From the IMG/VR virus record IMGVR_UViG_3300035180_000678: DNA of 23,459 bases; one strand, given 5' to 3'. Under the pieces are notes generated by a model that was given only the letters and a program-made list of their open reading frames with translations, made no database searches and was not told the DNA's origin. Shown piece after piece: positions 1 to 7,938 of the stretch; position 1 is the first letter of the stretch, and each line of letters begins with the position of its first letter. A program made the position numbers and the translations under genes. This DNA is from a virus (Duplodnaviria > Heunggongvirae > Uroviricota > Caudoviricetes).

Positions 1-2
1 GC

Positions 3-188
3 GGCGTACTGGGCATCGTGTCGGGTTACCCGGAGTACAACTACCACTTCGGCCCCGTTGCGACGGGCGTGGTGAAATACGAAGGCGAGAAGTACGGTGT
101 CAACCTCATCGTGCTCCCGCCGTCTCCGCTGAAGAACCATCCCGGCTCCACGTGGATGTACTCGGCACAGTTCAAGATCAAGTTCTGA
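3..188 (+). CDS. 5'-truncated hypothetical protein (GVLGIVSGYPEYNY...FKIKF)
   Basis: Open frame from the window edge to TGA 186-188; phage-like codon usage; directly precedes the SD of the next gene. Confidence 0.7.
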   Translation, partial: GVLGIVSGYPEYNYHFGPVATGVVKYEGEKYGVNLIVLPPSPLKNHPGSTWMYSAQFKIKF

Positions 189-197
189 AGGAGACTC

Positions 198-665
198 ATG
201 CAACAACCAACCCTTGGCAAAGGCCAAGTAGCCGTCGAAATTCGCACCGGCAATGTCTCGACAACACAAGGCGATGGCTACATTTCTCTCGAACTGACGG
301 ACCCCGTCTCGGGCATCCAGTTCGTTGACCTCCAGATTTCGTTCGAGGACTTCGGCAAGATCGTTGGGTCGGGCCGATCTGCTGTCGTGGCTGGGGAGCT
401 TCGTGGCCTCCAGTACGTAGGGAAGACCCGCGTGACGGAACGGCGGAGCATCCTCTGTCCGCCTGAAGCTGTCCCCGAGTTCGGGAAAACGGAAGACTAC
501 GAAAAGTGGCTCCGAGAGAACGCGCAGGAAGAGGGCTGGCTTGTGTCGTCCTATCTCGGCAGCCGTGACTCGAAGAAAAGCGTGTTCACCGAAGGCGGTT
601 GGAGCACTCGCAAGTTTCTCGGTACTCGTCTGCACTACCACGTCACGAAGTATGTTGACGTTTGA
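198..665 (+). CDS. hypothetical protein, 155 aa
   Basis: AAGGAGA SD before ATG 198; codon usage matches the operon. Confidence 0.8.
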   Translation: MQQPTLGKGQVAVEIRTGNVSTTQGDGYISLELTDPVSGIQFVDLQISFEDFGKIVGSGRSAVVAGELRGLQYVGKTRVTERRSILCPPEAVPEFGKTEDYEKWLRENAQEEGWLVSSYLGSRDSKKSVFTEGGWSTRKFLGTRLHYHVTKYVDV

Positions 666-825
666 GGACGTGCTGTGGGCAGCGGAAACTGCCACACGAG
701 AAATCAAGGTGCTCGTGCCCAGCAATTGCTACTATGCGAGCAAGGGAGACTTCGACGAAGACCACATCACATACATCGACGGAAAATACTTCGTTGAACT
801 TTTGAAGGAGAAGTTGGATGCCTGA
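652..825 (+). CDS. hypothetical protein, 57 aa (MLTFEDVLW...)
   Basis: ATG 652 overlaps the end of the upstream gene; in frame with track ORF 541..825. Confidence 0.65.
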   Translation: MLTFEDVLWAAETATREIKVLVPSNCYYASKGDFDEDHITYIDGKYFVELLKEKLDA

Positions 826-1024
826 TATTTCCATGTGCTCGGGCATTGCCTGCCCACGTGCAACCACTTGCTACCGCTTCACAGCGGAGCCGAACCCGTG
901 GCGTCAGTCGTATTTTGCCAACAGTCCCGTGAAGACCAATGGTGATTGCGACCACTTCATGCTTGACAACCGAACCCCCAAGGAGAAGAATGAGCGCACC
1001 CATGACGTTCAACGAGTTCGCTGA
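818..1024 (+). CDS. small Cys-rich hypothetical protein (DISMC..CP..TCYR...QSYF...C)
   Basis: Coupled start; four Cys in a pattern suggesting metal binding. Confidence 0.7.
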   Translation: MPDISMCSGIACPRATTCYRFTAEPNPWRQSYFANSPVKTNGDCDHFMLDNRTPKEKNERTHDVQRVR

Positions 1025-1247
1025 CCTCGTTTCGTACATCGCCAAGTTCCACAGCCCCACCCGCTTCTGCGGCAAGGGTTTGATCGTCAAGTACATCGAC
1101 CCGCACTTTGACATGCGGACCAATGACGTGTTCGCCATCACCTTCCGCACCTTCGGAGGTGGCGCAATCGAACTGCACACGCAAAACGAGTGCCGCTCGC
1201 TGCCCACAAGCCTCTACGAACGGTGCATGGACGCACTGACCACCTGA
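990..1247 (+). CDS. hypothetical protein, 85 aa
   Basis: AAGGAGA SD before ATG 990. Confidence 0.75.
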   Translation: MSAPMTFNEFADLVSYIAKFHSPTRFCGKGLIVKYIDPHFDMRTNDVFAITFRTFGGGAIELHTQNECRSLPTSLYERCMDALTT

Positions 1248-1257
1248 AAGGAGTGAC

Positions 1258-1539
1258 ATGACCCTTCGCGATCACGACCACCTGAGCAACGTTCTCTTCC
1301 TCTACGGAGGCGTGCGAGGTGGCGGCATGAGTCAGATGACCATGCTGAAGACACGTCCGACCAAGCTTCGCCCCCTCAAGGACACCGAAATCGTCCAACC
1401 CGGGGATGTGGTGGAAGACATGGCAGCAGGCGACCGTGTGCAAGTTGCCACGGGCACGTTCTACGAAGGCGTAGCGGGCTTCGCTGCCAAGCAAGTGAAA
1501 GAACTGGATCGCGTCTTCGACGTGCTGCGCCCCGAATGA
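1258..1539 (+). CDS. hypothetical protein, 93 aa
   Basis: AAGGAG SD before ATG 1258. Confidence 0.7.
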   Translation: MTLRDHDHLSNVLFLYGGVRGGGMSQMTMLKTRPTKLRPLKDTEIVQPGDVVEDMAAGDRVQVATGTFYEGVAGFAAKQVKELDRVFDVLRPE

Positions 1540-1700
1540 ACCCCTTCGCTCTCGCATACCTGCTGGCCCGCATGGGCTTTCCGTGGATGGCATTCGGAAT
1601 GATTCTCACGAATGAGAATCCGTTCTACTTCGTGCCCCACCTCGACACCAAACATGGCACTCAAGCTGCCAACGAACAAGGAGAACCAACCCGTGCGTAA
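1536..1700 (+). CDS. small hypothetical protein with hydrophobic N-terminus, 54 aa
   Basis: ATGA overlap with the upstream stop; fills the gap before the RNA ligase; not in the ORF track. Confidence 0.6.
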   Translation: MNPFALAYLLARMGFPWMAFGMILTNENPFYFVPHLDTKHGTQAANEQGEPTRA

Positions 1701-2883
1701 GCTCGCATCCATTCAACGCATCACCAACATCCAGCCGATCCCCGGCGCAGACAACATCGTCCGTGCGGACGTGCTGGGCTGGTCCGTCGTCGTCGGCAAG
1801 GACGAGTTCAAGGTGGGCGACCTCGCGGTCTACTTCGAGATTGACTCGTGGCTGGATTCGAGCAACCCGGCTTTCGACACGCCGATCTTCCAACCCCGAT
1901 TCGTCAACTGGGGCACCAAGCGTGGTATGCGCCTGAAGTCGATCAAGCTGCGCAAGCAACTGTCGCAGGGCCTGCTGATGCCCGTGACTGCATTCGGTGA
2001 TACGCTGTTCGCTCGTGCGCTGGGTGAAGGCGACGACGTGACGGAACTGCTGGGCATCGAGAAGTGGGAGCCCGCTGAAGAGACGCAATCCAATGGCCCG
2101 AACAAGTCCGCTGGCAGCAAGCCGTTCCCCTCGTTCATCCAGAAGACGGACCAAGAGCGCGTGCAGAACTACATGCACGTGATTCCCGAGCATCTGGACG
2201 AGACGTTCGAGGTGACGATCAAGCTGGACGGCTCTTCGATGACCGTCTACCACGTCGATGCCACCTCGCCGCATTTCGCACACGTGGCGAAGGACGAGGA
2301 AGCCCGCAAGCTGCGCAAGATGTCTGGCTGGGGCCGCTTCTGGTACAAGATCGGCCGTGCCCTCGGCTTCACTTCCGCCCCGAACTACTTCACGGGCGTG
2401 TGCAGCCGGAACATCCAACTCGGCATCGACGAGGACAACCACTTCTCGAAGTTCGCTCGCGAGCATCAGATGTTCGAGGCACTGGAGAACTATGCCCGCA
2501 ACATCGCCGTGCAAGGTGAACTGCTGGCCCCGTCCATCCAAGGCAACTACGAGCAAGTGAAGGGCTTCGAGTACCACGTGTTCGACGTGTTCGACATCGA
2601 CGATCAACGCTACCTGCTGCCGGAAGAGGCACGCGAGGTGGTGGATGCGCTGGGCTGGAACTACGTTCCGGTTCTGCACGACACGTTCTCGCTGTGTTCT
2701 CTGCTGTCCGGCAACCCGGAAGAGACCCCGCGTGACCTCGTGGACGCAATCCTCGACCTCGCTGAAGGCCCCGGCAAGAACCCGGGCGTGAAGCGTGAGG
2801 GCATCGTCTTCAAGAGCAACAAGACGCCGTTCTCGTTCAAAGCCATCAGCAACAGCTACCTGCTGAAGAAGGAGGGCAAATGA
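1693..2883 (+). CDS. ATP-dependent RNA ligase, Rnl2-like/DRB0094-type, with N-terminal OB-like domain
   Basis: GTG start after AAGGAGA. N-terminus RKLASIQRI..I.PIPGAD.I...VLGW.VVV.K.EF..GDL.VYFEIDS; nucleotidyltransferase motifs KLDGSS, GEL, FDVF, EGIVFK, FKAISNSYLLK. Confidence 0.9.
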   Translation: MRKLASIQRITNIQPIPGADNIVRADVLGWSVVVGKDEFKVGDLAVYFEIDSWLDSSNPAFDTPIFQPRFVNWGTKRGMRLKSIKLRKQLSQGLLMPVTAFGDTLFARALGEGDDVTELLGIEKWEPAEETQSNGPNKSAGSKPFPSFIQKTDQERVQNYMHVIPEHLDETFEVTIKLDGSSMTVYHVDATSPHFAHVAKDEEARKLRKMSGWGRFWYKIGRALGFTSAPNYFTGVCSRNIQLGIDEDNHFSKFAREHQMFEALENYARNIAVQGELLAPSIQGNYEQVKGFEYHVFDVFDIDDQRYLLPEEAREVVDALGWNYVPVLHDTFSLCSLLSGNPEETPRDLVDAILDLAEGPGKNPGVKREGIVFKSNKTPFSFKAISNSYLLKKEGK

Positions 2884-3044
2884 CCCAAGACGAACTGGAA
2901 GCTGAACTGAAGAAGCGCGGCATCGAGCTACAGATCGGTGCGTGCGGCTGCTGTTCTTCCCCGTGGGTTGCCGTCAAGATCGACGGCGAGAAGGTCTTCG
3001 ATGACGAGGGCGTCTCATTCGACTTCAACGAGGACGCCAAGTGA
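2880..3044 (+). CDS. small hypothetical protein with GACGCCSSPW motif, 54 aa
   Basis: ATGA overlap at the start and GTGA overlap at the end; not in the ORF track. Confidence 0.7.
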   Translation: MTQDELEAELKKRGIELQIGACGCCSSPWVAVKIDGEKVFDDEGVSFDFNEDAK

Positions 3045-3493
3045 CGATCATTCGTAGCTATGGCGATGCGCTGGATGTTGAGACTGGCATCATCGTCCAC
3101 GGTTGCAACGCCAAAGGTGTGATGGGCTCTGGCATGGCGAAAGCTGTCAAAGCGCAATACCCTGAAGCTTTCCGTGTCTACAGGGAAGCCTACGAGATGT
3201 GTGCAACACGGCTCGGCACGATTACAACCGTGGAGGTGGACCCCGGCAAATGGCTTGTCAATGCGATCACTCAAACCGACTTCGGCAGGGACGGAAAGAG
3301 GTATGTGAACTACGAAGCCGTGGCTCGCTGCTTCCGGGCAGTACGAGATTTCGGTCTGAACGTGGGGTGCAGCGATCTTCACTTCCCGATGATCGGGGCT
3401 GGCCTCGGGGGAGGTGACTGGGATGTCATCTCCGCCATCATCGAGTCAGAGACGCACGGGATGACGAAATACCTGTGGCTTTTGGTCGAATGA
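3041..3493 (+). CDS. macrodomain (ADP-ribose-binding/hydrolase) protein
   Basis: IIVHGCNAKGVMGSGMAKAVK and FPMIGAGLGGGDW are the two Gly-rich macrodomain loops. Confidence 0.9.
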   Translation: MTIIRSYGDALDVETGIIVHGCNAKGVMGSGMAKAVKAQYPEAFRVYREAYEMCATRLGTITTVEVDPGKWLVNAITQTDFGRDGKRYVNYEAVARCFRAVRDFGLNVGCSDLHFPMIGAGLGGGDWDVISAIIESETHGMTKYLWLLVE

Positions 3494-3497
3494 CCTC

Positions 3498-3526
3498 TTG
3501 ACGTGGGACTAAGAGCCGCATAAGAT
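3498..3526 (+). promoter_or_regulatory. sigma70 promoter upstream of PRTase-rtcB
   Basis: TTGACG-17 nt-TAAGAT in an intergenic gap. Confidence 0.7.
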
Positions 3527-3560
3527 GGCGGCTTCAGAAATTTCAAAGGAGGCTTCGCCC

Positions 3561-4043
3561 ATGCCCCGTTACGATGAAGGTGGTCGTTTCAATTCCAACG
3601 GATACGGAGATTGGAAGTTCAGCCGCAAAGAACTGCGCAAGCGTGCTGAAGCACTGGCTTGCAGTCTCCCAGCCGTCATGGCGGAGTTGCAGGCGGACTT
3701 CATCGCTGTGCGGGGAACGAGCGGAACCTTCATCGCTGGTGCTCTCCAGATGTACATGGACGTGCCTGTGCTCCTGATGCGCAAGCGTGGCGAAGCCTCC
3801 CACGGTTGCTTCATCGAAGGAAACGACCATCACCTGTACCGTCGTGGCATCGTTCTCGACGATTTCATTTGCACTGGAAGCACGGTTGAGGGTATGATCG
3901 ATGACTTGAAGAGGGACGGGCAGCCCGTTCGACTCGTGGCTATCGTGGAGCACGATAGCGCAGGAAGGTCGGGAACTTCGCTTCAACCTCGCACAGCCAC
4001 TTGCCTCAACGTTCGCAACATCCCCGTATACACGTTCAAATAA
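3561..4043 (+). CDS. type I phosphoribosyltransferase-fold protein
   Basis: AAGGAGG SD; VRGTSG loop, LMRK, and PRPP-binding loop IVLDDFICTGST. Confidence 0.75.
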   Translation: MPRYDEGGRFNSNGYGDWKFSRKELRKRAEALACSLPAVMAELQADFIAVRGTSGTFIAGALQMYMDVPVLLMRKRGEASHGCFIEGNDHHLYRRGIVLDDFICTGSTVEGMIDDLKRDGQPVRLVAIVEHDSAGRSGTSLQPRTATCLNVRNIPVYTFK

Positions 4044-4052
4044 AGGAAACAC

Positions 4053-5327
4053 ATGCCCATCATCACCCGCGAAGAAGGTTCCCGTCCCATCAAGGCATGG
4101 CTGGGCACGAAAGAAGTTCCGACGTATGGCTTCGAGCCGGGGACTGCGGACCAAGCCATCGAGAAAGTCATCGACGTGGAAGACGCCGCTCTCCAGCAGA
4201 CCAAGAACCTCGCCCGCCTGCCCTTCATCGCGCCGCAAGGCATCGCCCTCATGCCGGATGCCCACTTGGGCAAGGGTGCAACCGTCGGTTCCGTGGTCCC
4301 GACCATCGGCGCGATCATCCCTTCGGCTGTCGGCGTGGACCTCGGCTGTGGCATGAACGCTGTCCGCACGTCGATGAAGGCGAGCGACCTCCCCGAGAGC
4401 CTGAAGGCCATCCGTGACGCCATCGAGGCGGCTGTCCCGCTGGGCAAGGGCGGCAACCGGGACTTCGATCAAGAGACTTCGCTGCGCTCGCAAGAGTTCG
4501 GCGACCTCTACACGCGCGCCCCTCAGCAAGTCATTTACGAGGTGATGGGAGGTCATTCCGCTTTCGTGCAGAAGGCTGGTCCGCAACTCGGCTCCCTCGG
4601 CTCGGGCAACCACTTCATCGAAATCTGCACGGACGAGAACGACGACGTGTGGGTCATGCTGCATTCGGGCTCCCGTGGCATCGGCAACCTGATCGGCTCG
4701 CACTACATCGAGAAGGCCAAGAAGACGATGGAGCAATACTTCATCAACCTGCCCGACAAGGACTTGGCCTACATCCCGGATGGCACGGAGGACTTCAAGG
4801 ACTACACGGAAGCAGTGACGTGGGCGCAGGACTACGCACTGGCGAACCGTGCCGTGATGATGGATGTCGTCATCGCCGCTCTGCGGAAGCACATCTGCAA
4901 GGAGTTCGTCCTGACCAGCGAGGCCGTGAACTGCCACCACAACTACATCTCCCGCGAGAACCACTTCGGTCAGAACGTGTGGGTCACGCGCAAGGGCGCG
5001 ATCCAAGCCCGCAAGGACCAACTGGGCATCATCCCGGGCTCGATGGGTCAGAAGAGCTACATCGTGCGTGGCAAGGGCAACCCGGACTCCTACTGTTCGT
5101 GCTCGCATGGCGCTGGCCGGGCCATGTCCCGTGCGGAAGCCAAGCGGCGCTTCTCGCTGACGGACCTCGTGGCACAGACCGAAGGCGTCGAATGCCGCAA
5201 GGACGTGGATGTGCTGGACGAGATTCCGGGTGCCTACAAGCGCCTCGATGTCGTCATGGAACTCCAGAAGGACTTGGTGGAGGTGGTCCACACCCTCAAG
5301 GCCGTGCTCTGCGTGAAGGGGAACTGA
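4053..5327 (+). CDS. rtcB: RtcB RNA 3'-phosphate/5'-OH ligase
   Basis: Motifs MPDAH, GVDLGCG, LGSGNHF, HSGSRG, HHN, RKGA, PGSMG, SHGAGR, DEIPGAYK. Confidence 0.95.
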   Translation: MPIITREEGSRPIKAWLGTKEVPTYGFEPGTADQAIEKVIDVEDAALQQTKNLARLPFIAPQGIALMPDAHLGKGATVGSVVPTIGAIIPSAVGVDLGCGMNAVRTSMKASDLPESLKAIRDAIEAAVPLGKGGNRDFDQETSLRSQEFGDLYTRAPQQVIYEVMGGHSAFVQKAGPQLGSLGSGNHFIEICTDENDDVWVMLHSGSRGIGNLIGSHYIEKAKKTMEQYFINLPDKDLAYIPDGTEDFKDYTEAVTWAQDYALANRAVMMDVVIAALRKHICKEFVLTSEAVNCHHNYISRENHFGQNVWVTRKGAIQARKDQLGIIPGSMGQKSYIVRGKGNPDSYCSCSHGAGRAMSRAEAKRRFSLTDLVAQTEGVECRKDVDVLDEIPGAYKRLDVVMELQKDLVEVVHTLKAVLCVKGN

Positions 5328-5467
5328 TGGGGTATTCCGGCTATTCCCCTTGGCACAGAGGAAGAATTGCGTTCCAGATGGGCTTGCCAATCACGGCATG
5401 TCCTCACCGTAGTTGGAGCCAAGTTGCAGCCCTCTGGCGTAAAGGCTGGAATGAGGCCAGCCAATGA
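5327..5467 (+). CDS. RMF (ribosome modulation factor)-like peptide 1, 46 aa
   Basis: TGATG overlap with rtcB; HRG..A...G.....CP........W..GW.EA resembles E. coli RMF as I recall it (RGYQAG..G....CPY.......W.GGWREA). Confidence 0.6.
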   Translation: MGYSGYSPWHRGRIAFQMGLPITACPHRSWSQVAALWRKGWNEASQ

Positions 5468-5655
5468 AGCTCCGCTACTTCATCCTTCCCGCCCTGATGG
5501 CTGTTGCCTTCTCATGGGCTCTCATCAACCACGAAACCGAATACAAGGAGGCCCATCATCGGCACCCCATCCCCCAAGATTACTCGAAGAATCCCCGGGT
5601 ACGCCCCACAGGGCTCCCCCAACGCGAAACGGACGACTTCGGCCCCCGCTCGTAG
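5464..5655 (+). CDS. hypothetical protein with N-terminal hydrophobic segment
   Basis: ATGA overlap; the 3' part overlaps a second plausible frame (see findings). Confidence 0.5.
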   Translation: MKLRYFILPALMAVAFSWALINHETEYKEAHHRHPIPQDYSKNPRVRPTGLPQRETDDFGPRS

Positions 5656-5767
5656 AAGCACGGACGTGATCGTGGAAGAGACTGTCGTCTACGATGACGG
5701 CCCGTCCCTTCTCGACGTGGTGGAAGCCATCGTCGTCGCTGAAGTCATCAGCGATATGTTCGACTGA
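5558..5767 (+). CDS. hypothetical protein, start uncertain
   Basis: Protein-like frame ending ...AEVISDMFD; AAGGAGG at 5545-5551 is followed only by in-frame ATC codons. Confidence 0.45.
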   Translation: MGTPSPKITRRIPGYAPQGSPNAKRTTSAPARRSTDVIVEETVVYDDGPSLLDVVEAIVVAEVISDMFD

Positions 5768-5778
5768 AGGAGGAAAAC

Positions 5779-6006
5779 GTGTACAAATTTCGGACACAAG
5801 GCTTCACGCTCATCGAACTGATGATCTGCGTGGTAATCGTCGGCATCATCCTCGCTGTCGTCGTCCCCGCAATATTCGGGCACCACCCAACCCCTGTGGG
5901 CGACGGTTCCGTCTGCCAAGCGGGCTACAAGTACGTCCAGCAATACGACGGCACACTGCACCAAGTCATCGGTGCGAACGGCGGCGGGGTTCCCTGCAAC
6001 CCGTGA
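5779..6006 (+). CDS. minimal type IV prepilin-like protein, 75 aa
   Basis: AAGGAGG SD, GTG start; QG|FTLIELMICVVIVGII prepilin cleavage/methylation motif, hydrophobic helix, C-terminal Cys pair. Confidence 0.85.
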   Translation: MYKFRTQGFTLIELMICVVIVGIILAVVVPAIFGHHPTPVGDGSVCQAGYKYVQQYDGTLHQVIGANGGGVPCNP

Positions 6007-6464
6007 AGCTCATCGTCGCAGGCAGTCGTTCAATCACCGACTACGAATGCCTGAGATGGGCTCTTGTTGACTCTGGCATCTGGAAGGCACACAAGAAGTC
6101 CATCGAAGTTGTCTGCGGAATGGCAAAAGGAGCGGATGCGTTGGGCCTTGACTTCGCCAAGAAGAATGGGTTACAATGGCATCCGTTCCCAGCCGACTGG
6201 GACGACATCAAGGCTCCCGGAGCCGTGGTGAAGGTCCGAAGCGACGGCGTGATGTACAATGCCCGTGCTGGACACGACAGAAATCAGCGGATGGCGGACT
6301 TCGCCGACGCTCTCCTACTACTGTGGGATGGCAAAAGCACGGGCAGCCGTGACATGCACTCTCGCGCAATCAAGAAAGGACTTTCCACCCATGCGTACCG
6401 ATTCTCAGGACACCCTCTCCGTCCACCCGCTGTTCGGCTCGACCACCAACTACGCCCAGCGTGA
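6003..6464 (+). CDS. SLOG-superfamily (DUF2493/YspA-like) protein
   Basis: GTGA overlap; KLIVAGSR, VVCGMAKGADALG, AG..RN..MA..ADALLLLWDGKSTGS. Confidence 0.8.
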   Translation: MKLIVAGSRSITDYECLRWALVDSGIWKAHKKSIEVVCGMAKGADALGLDFAKKNGLQWHPFPADWDDIKAPGAVVKVRSDGVMYNARAGHDRNQRMADFADALLLLWDGKSTGSRDMHSRAIKKGLSTHAYRFSGHPLRPPAVRLDHQLRPA

Positions 6465-6834
6465 CACCCTCCAGATGGATGCCAAGGACGGCTACTTCAC
6501 GCGCCACATGGAAGCCATGACGGCCGAAGACCTCCACTCGAAGTACGCCATCGCGGCGGAACTCGGCTTCCGTGACATGCTCATCGATTTCCTCGCGGAA
6601 CGCACGCGTGAAGTCGAAGGTCTGCTGGTGGGTCTGCTGAAGGCGCACGACCTGCACAAGCTGGCGGAAGCCCGTTCGGAAGCGGGCGTGCCGACGATGG
6701 AAGGGGTGCTGTTCAACATGCTCTACTCCATCGCCGAAGCCAAGGCACGCGACTTCGCAGGTCTGCCCTCCGCCAAGGAAATCGACGACATGATCGCCGA
6801 GCAGATCGAGGCGGACAACACCGTCGATGCCTGA
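6391..6834 (+). CDS. hypothetical protein (YAQRD...HMEAMTAEDLHSK.AIAAEL)
   Basis: AAAGGA SD before ATG 6391; strong codon bias. Confidence 0.75.
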   Translation: MRTDSQDTLSVHPLFGSTTNYAQRDTLQMDAKDGYFTRHMEAMTAEDLHSKYAIAAELGFRDMLIDFLAERTREVEGLLVGLLKAHDLHKLAEARSEAGVPTMEGVLFNMLYSIAEAKARDFAGLPSAKEIDDMIAEQIEADNTVDA

Positions 6835-7090
6835 AGTCATCACGGAGGCCATGTACCGCAAGGGGAAGCCTCCCTTTGTGGGCTGGTGGCCCGCTTCCAT
6901 CGAAGCCACAGCTTTCCGCGTCTACCGCTGGTGGGACGGCGAGCAGTGGAGCTTCTGTGCTCATCGCTGGATGACGCCGGAAGCCGCTGCGGAGTGGGCT
7001 TCCCGGAAGTCTCTGCACAAGGACATCCAGTGGAGGTACTGGCTGCCGGGAGAAGACGGAGGGAAGCTGCCCAAGGAGTACATCGCGTGA
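6827..7090 (+). CDS. Trp-rich hypothetical protein (PP..GWWPAS...RWWDG..WS)
   Basis: Coupled start; codon usage. Confidence 0.75.
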   Translation: MPEVITEAMYRKGKPPFVGWWPASIEATAFRVYRWWDGEQWSFCAHRWMTPEAAAEWASRKSLHKDIQWRYWLPGEDGGKLPKEYIA

Positions 7091-7230
7091 CACCTCAACC
7101 TCTGACGGGAGCACAAGTCCTTCGACTCTGGCACAACGCTCCGAAAAACATCACCCACGGCCTGACGTTCGCTCAGTTCGCACGGATGCTGCGTTTCGTG
7201 GAGGAAGTTCACCAGATCGGACGGCCATGA
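7087..7230 (+). CDS. hypothetical protein, 47 aa
   Basis: GTGA and ATGA overlaps on both sides. Confidence 0.65.
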   Translation: MTPQPLTGAQVLRLWHNAPKNITHGLTFAQFARMLRFVEEVHQIGRP

Positions 7231-7532
7231 GCAAGGAGTGGACACGCTGGCCCACTTCCCGGGCTGTCTTCGACGCCATCCGCAACGAACACATGACCCG
7301 TCTTCGGGTCTTTTCGTCCTTCAGCAACCCCGAGGGAGGTTACATGGGCTTCAGCGGGCGTGGTGAAATGGAGACGGAGTGGGGGCTGGAAGGCACAGAC
7401 TACCCCATCCTCGGAGCCAATACAACGTGGGACATCTTCGACGAGTACGACCCGACCACCGGGCAACGGAAAGTTGGAGAGCGTAGCACAACCTATTGGC
7501 TCTGCATCGCAATCGAACAAGGAGAAACATGA
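7227..7532 (+). CDS. hypothetical protein, 101 aa
   Basis: ATGA overlap. Confidence 0.75.
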   Translation: MSKEWTRWPTSRAVFDAIRNEHMTRLRVFSSFSNPEGGYMGFSGRGEMETEWGLEGTDYPILGANTTWDIFDEYDPTTGQRKVGERSTTYWLCIAIEQGET

Positions 7533-7699
7533 ACGTCAAACAACTGCGGGAAGCTCTTCGAGTCCTCCCGGATGATCTGGAAGTGGTGCTGGAAGTCACT
7601 GTGGGCGACATTTACGCCTACCCTTCCGTCAACGCCTTCGGCATCACCGAGGAAGGCGAAGTCGTCCTCTTCTGCGAGCCGGAAGGGACGCCCGAATGA
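7529..7699 (+). CDS. hypothetical protein, 56 aa
   Basis: AAGGAGA SD, ATGA overlap. Confidence 0.75.
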   Translation: MNVKQLREALRVLPDDLEVVLEVTVGDIYAYPSVNAFGITEEGEVVLFCEPEGTPE

Positions 7700-7938
7700 G
7701 CATCCTCGGCAACCTGAACATCAACATCACAGCCGAACTCGGACGTGACGCGCTGGAAAAGATGGTCCGCGAGTACGTGGAGGCCAACAGTCCGGGCTAC
7801 ACCGTCAAGAAGGTCCACTGGGATGTGTCACAACAACATGACATGCGAGGTGAGCCGATGGGTGCAACTCTGACGAAGGTCCGGATCGAACTGGGTCCGA
7901 AGAGCCCGAAAAACGAGTGGGTAGGACAGGAACGATGA
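7696..7938 (+). CDS. hypothetical protein, 80 aa
   Basis: ATGA overlap. Confidence 0.75.
   Translation: MSILGNLNINITAELGRDALEKMVREYVEANSPGYTVKKVHWDVSQQHDMRGEPMGATLTKVRIELGPKSPKNEWVGQER

Noticed and set aside
1612-1692. Track start of the RNA ligase at 1612 (similarly 3525, 5694, 6259, 21645, 22025)
   Set aside because: Downstream starts have a clear SD or stop-start overlap and match the expected family N-termini
1606-5390. Long antisense ORFs (1606-2679, 3543-5390) and also 22106-23329
   Set aside because: They are shadows of strongly codon-biased real genes on the opposite strand (RNA ligase, rtcB, DNA ligase) and have no SD or motifs
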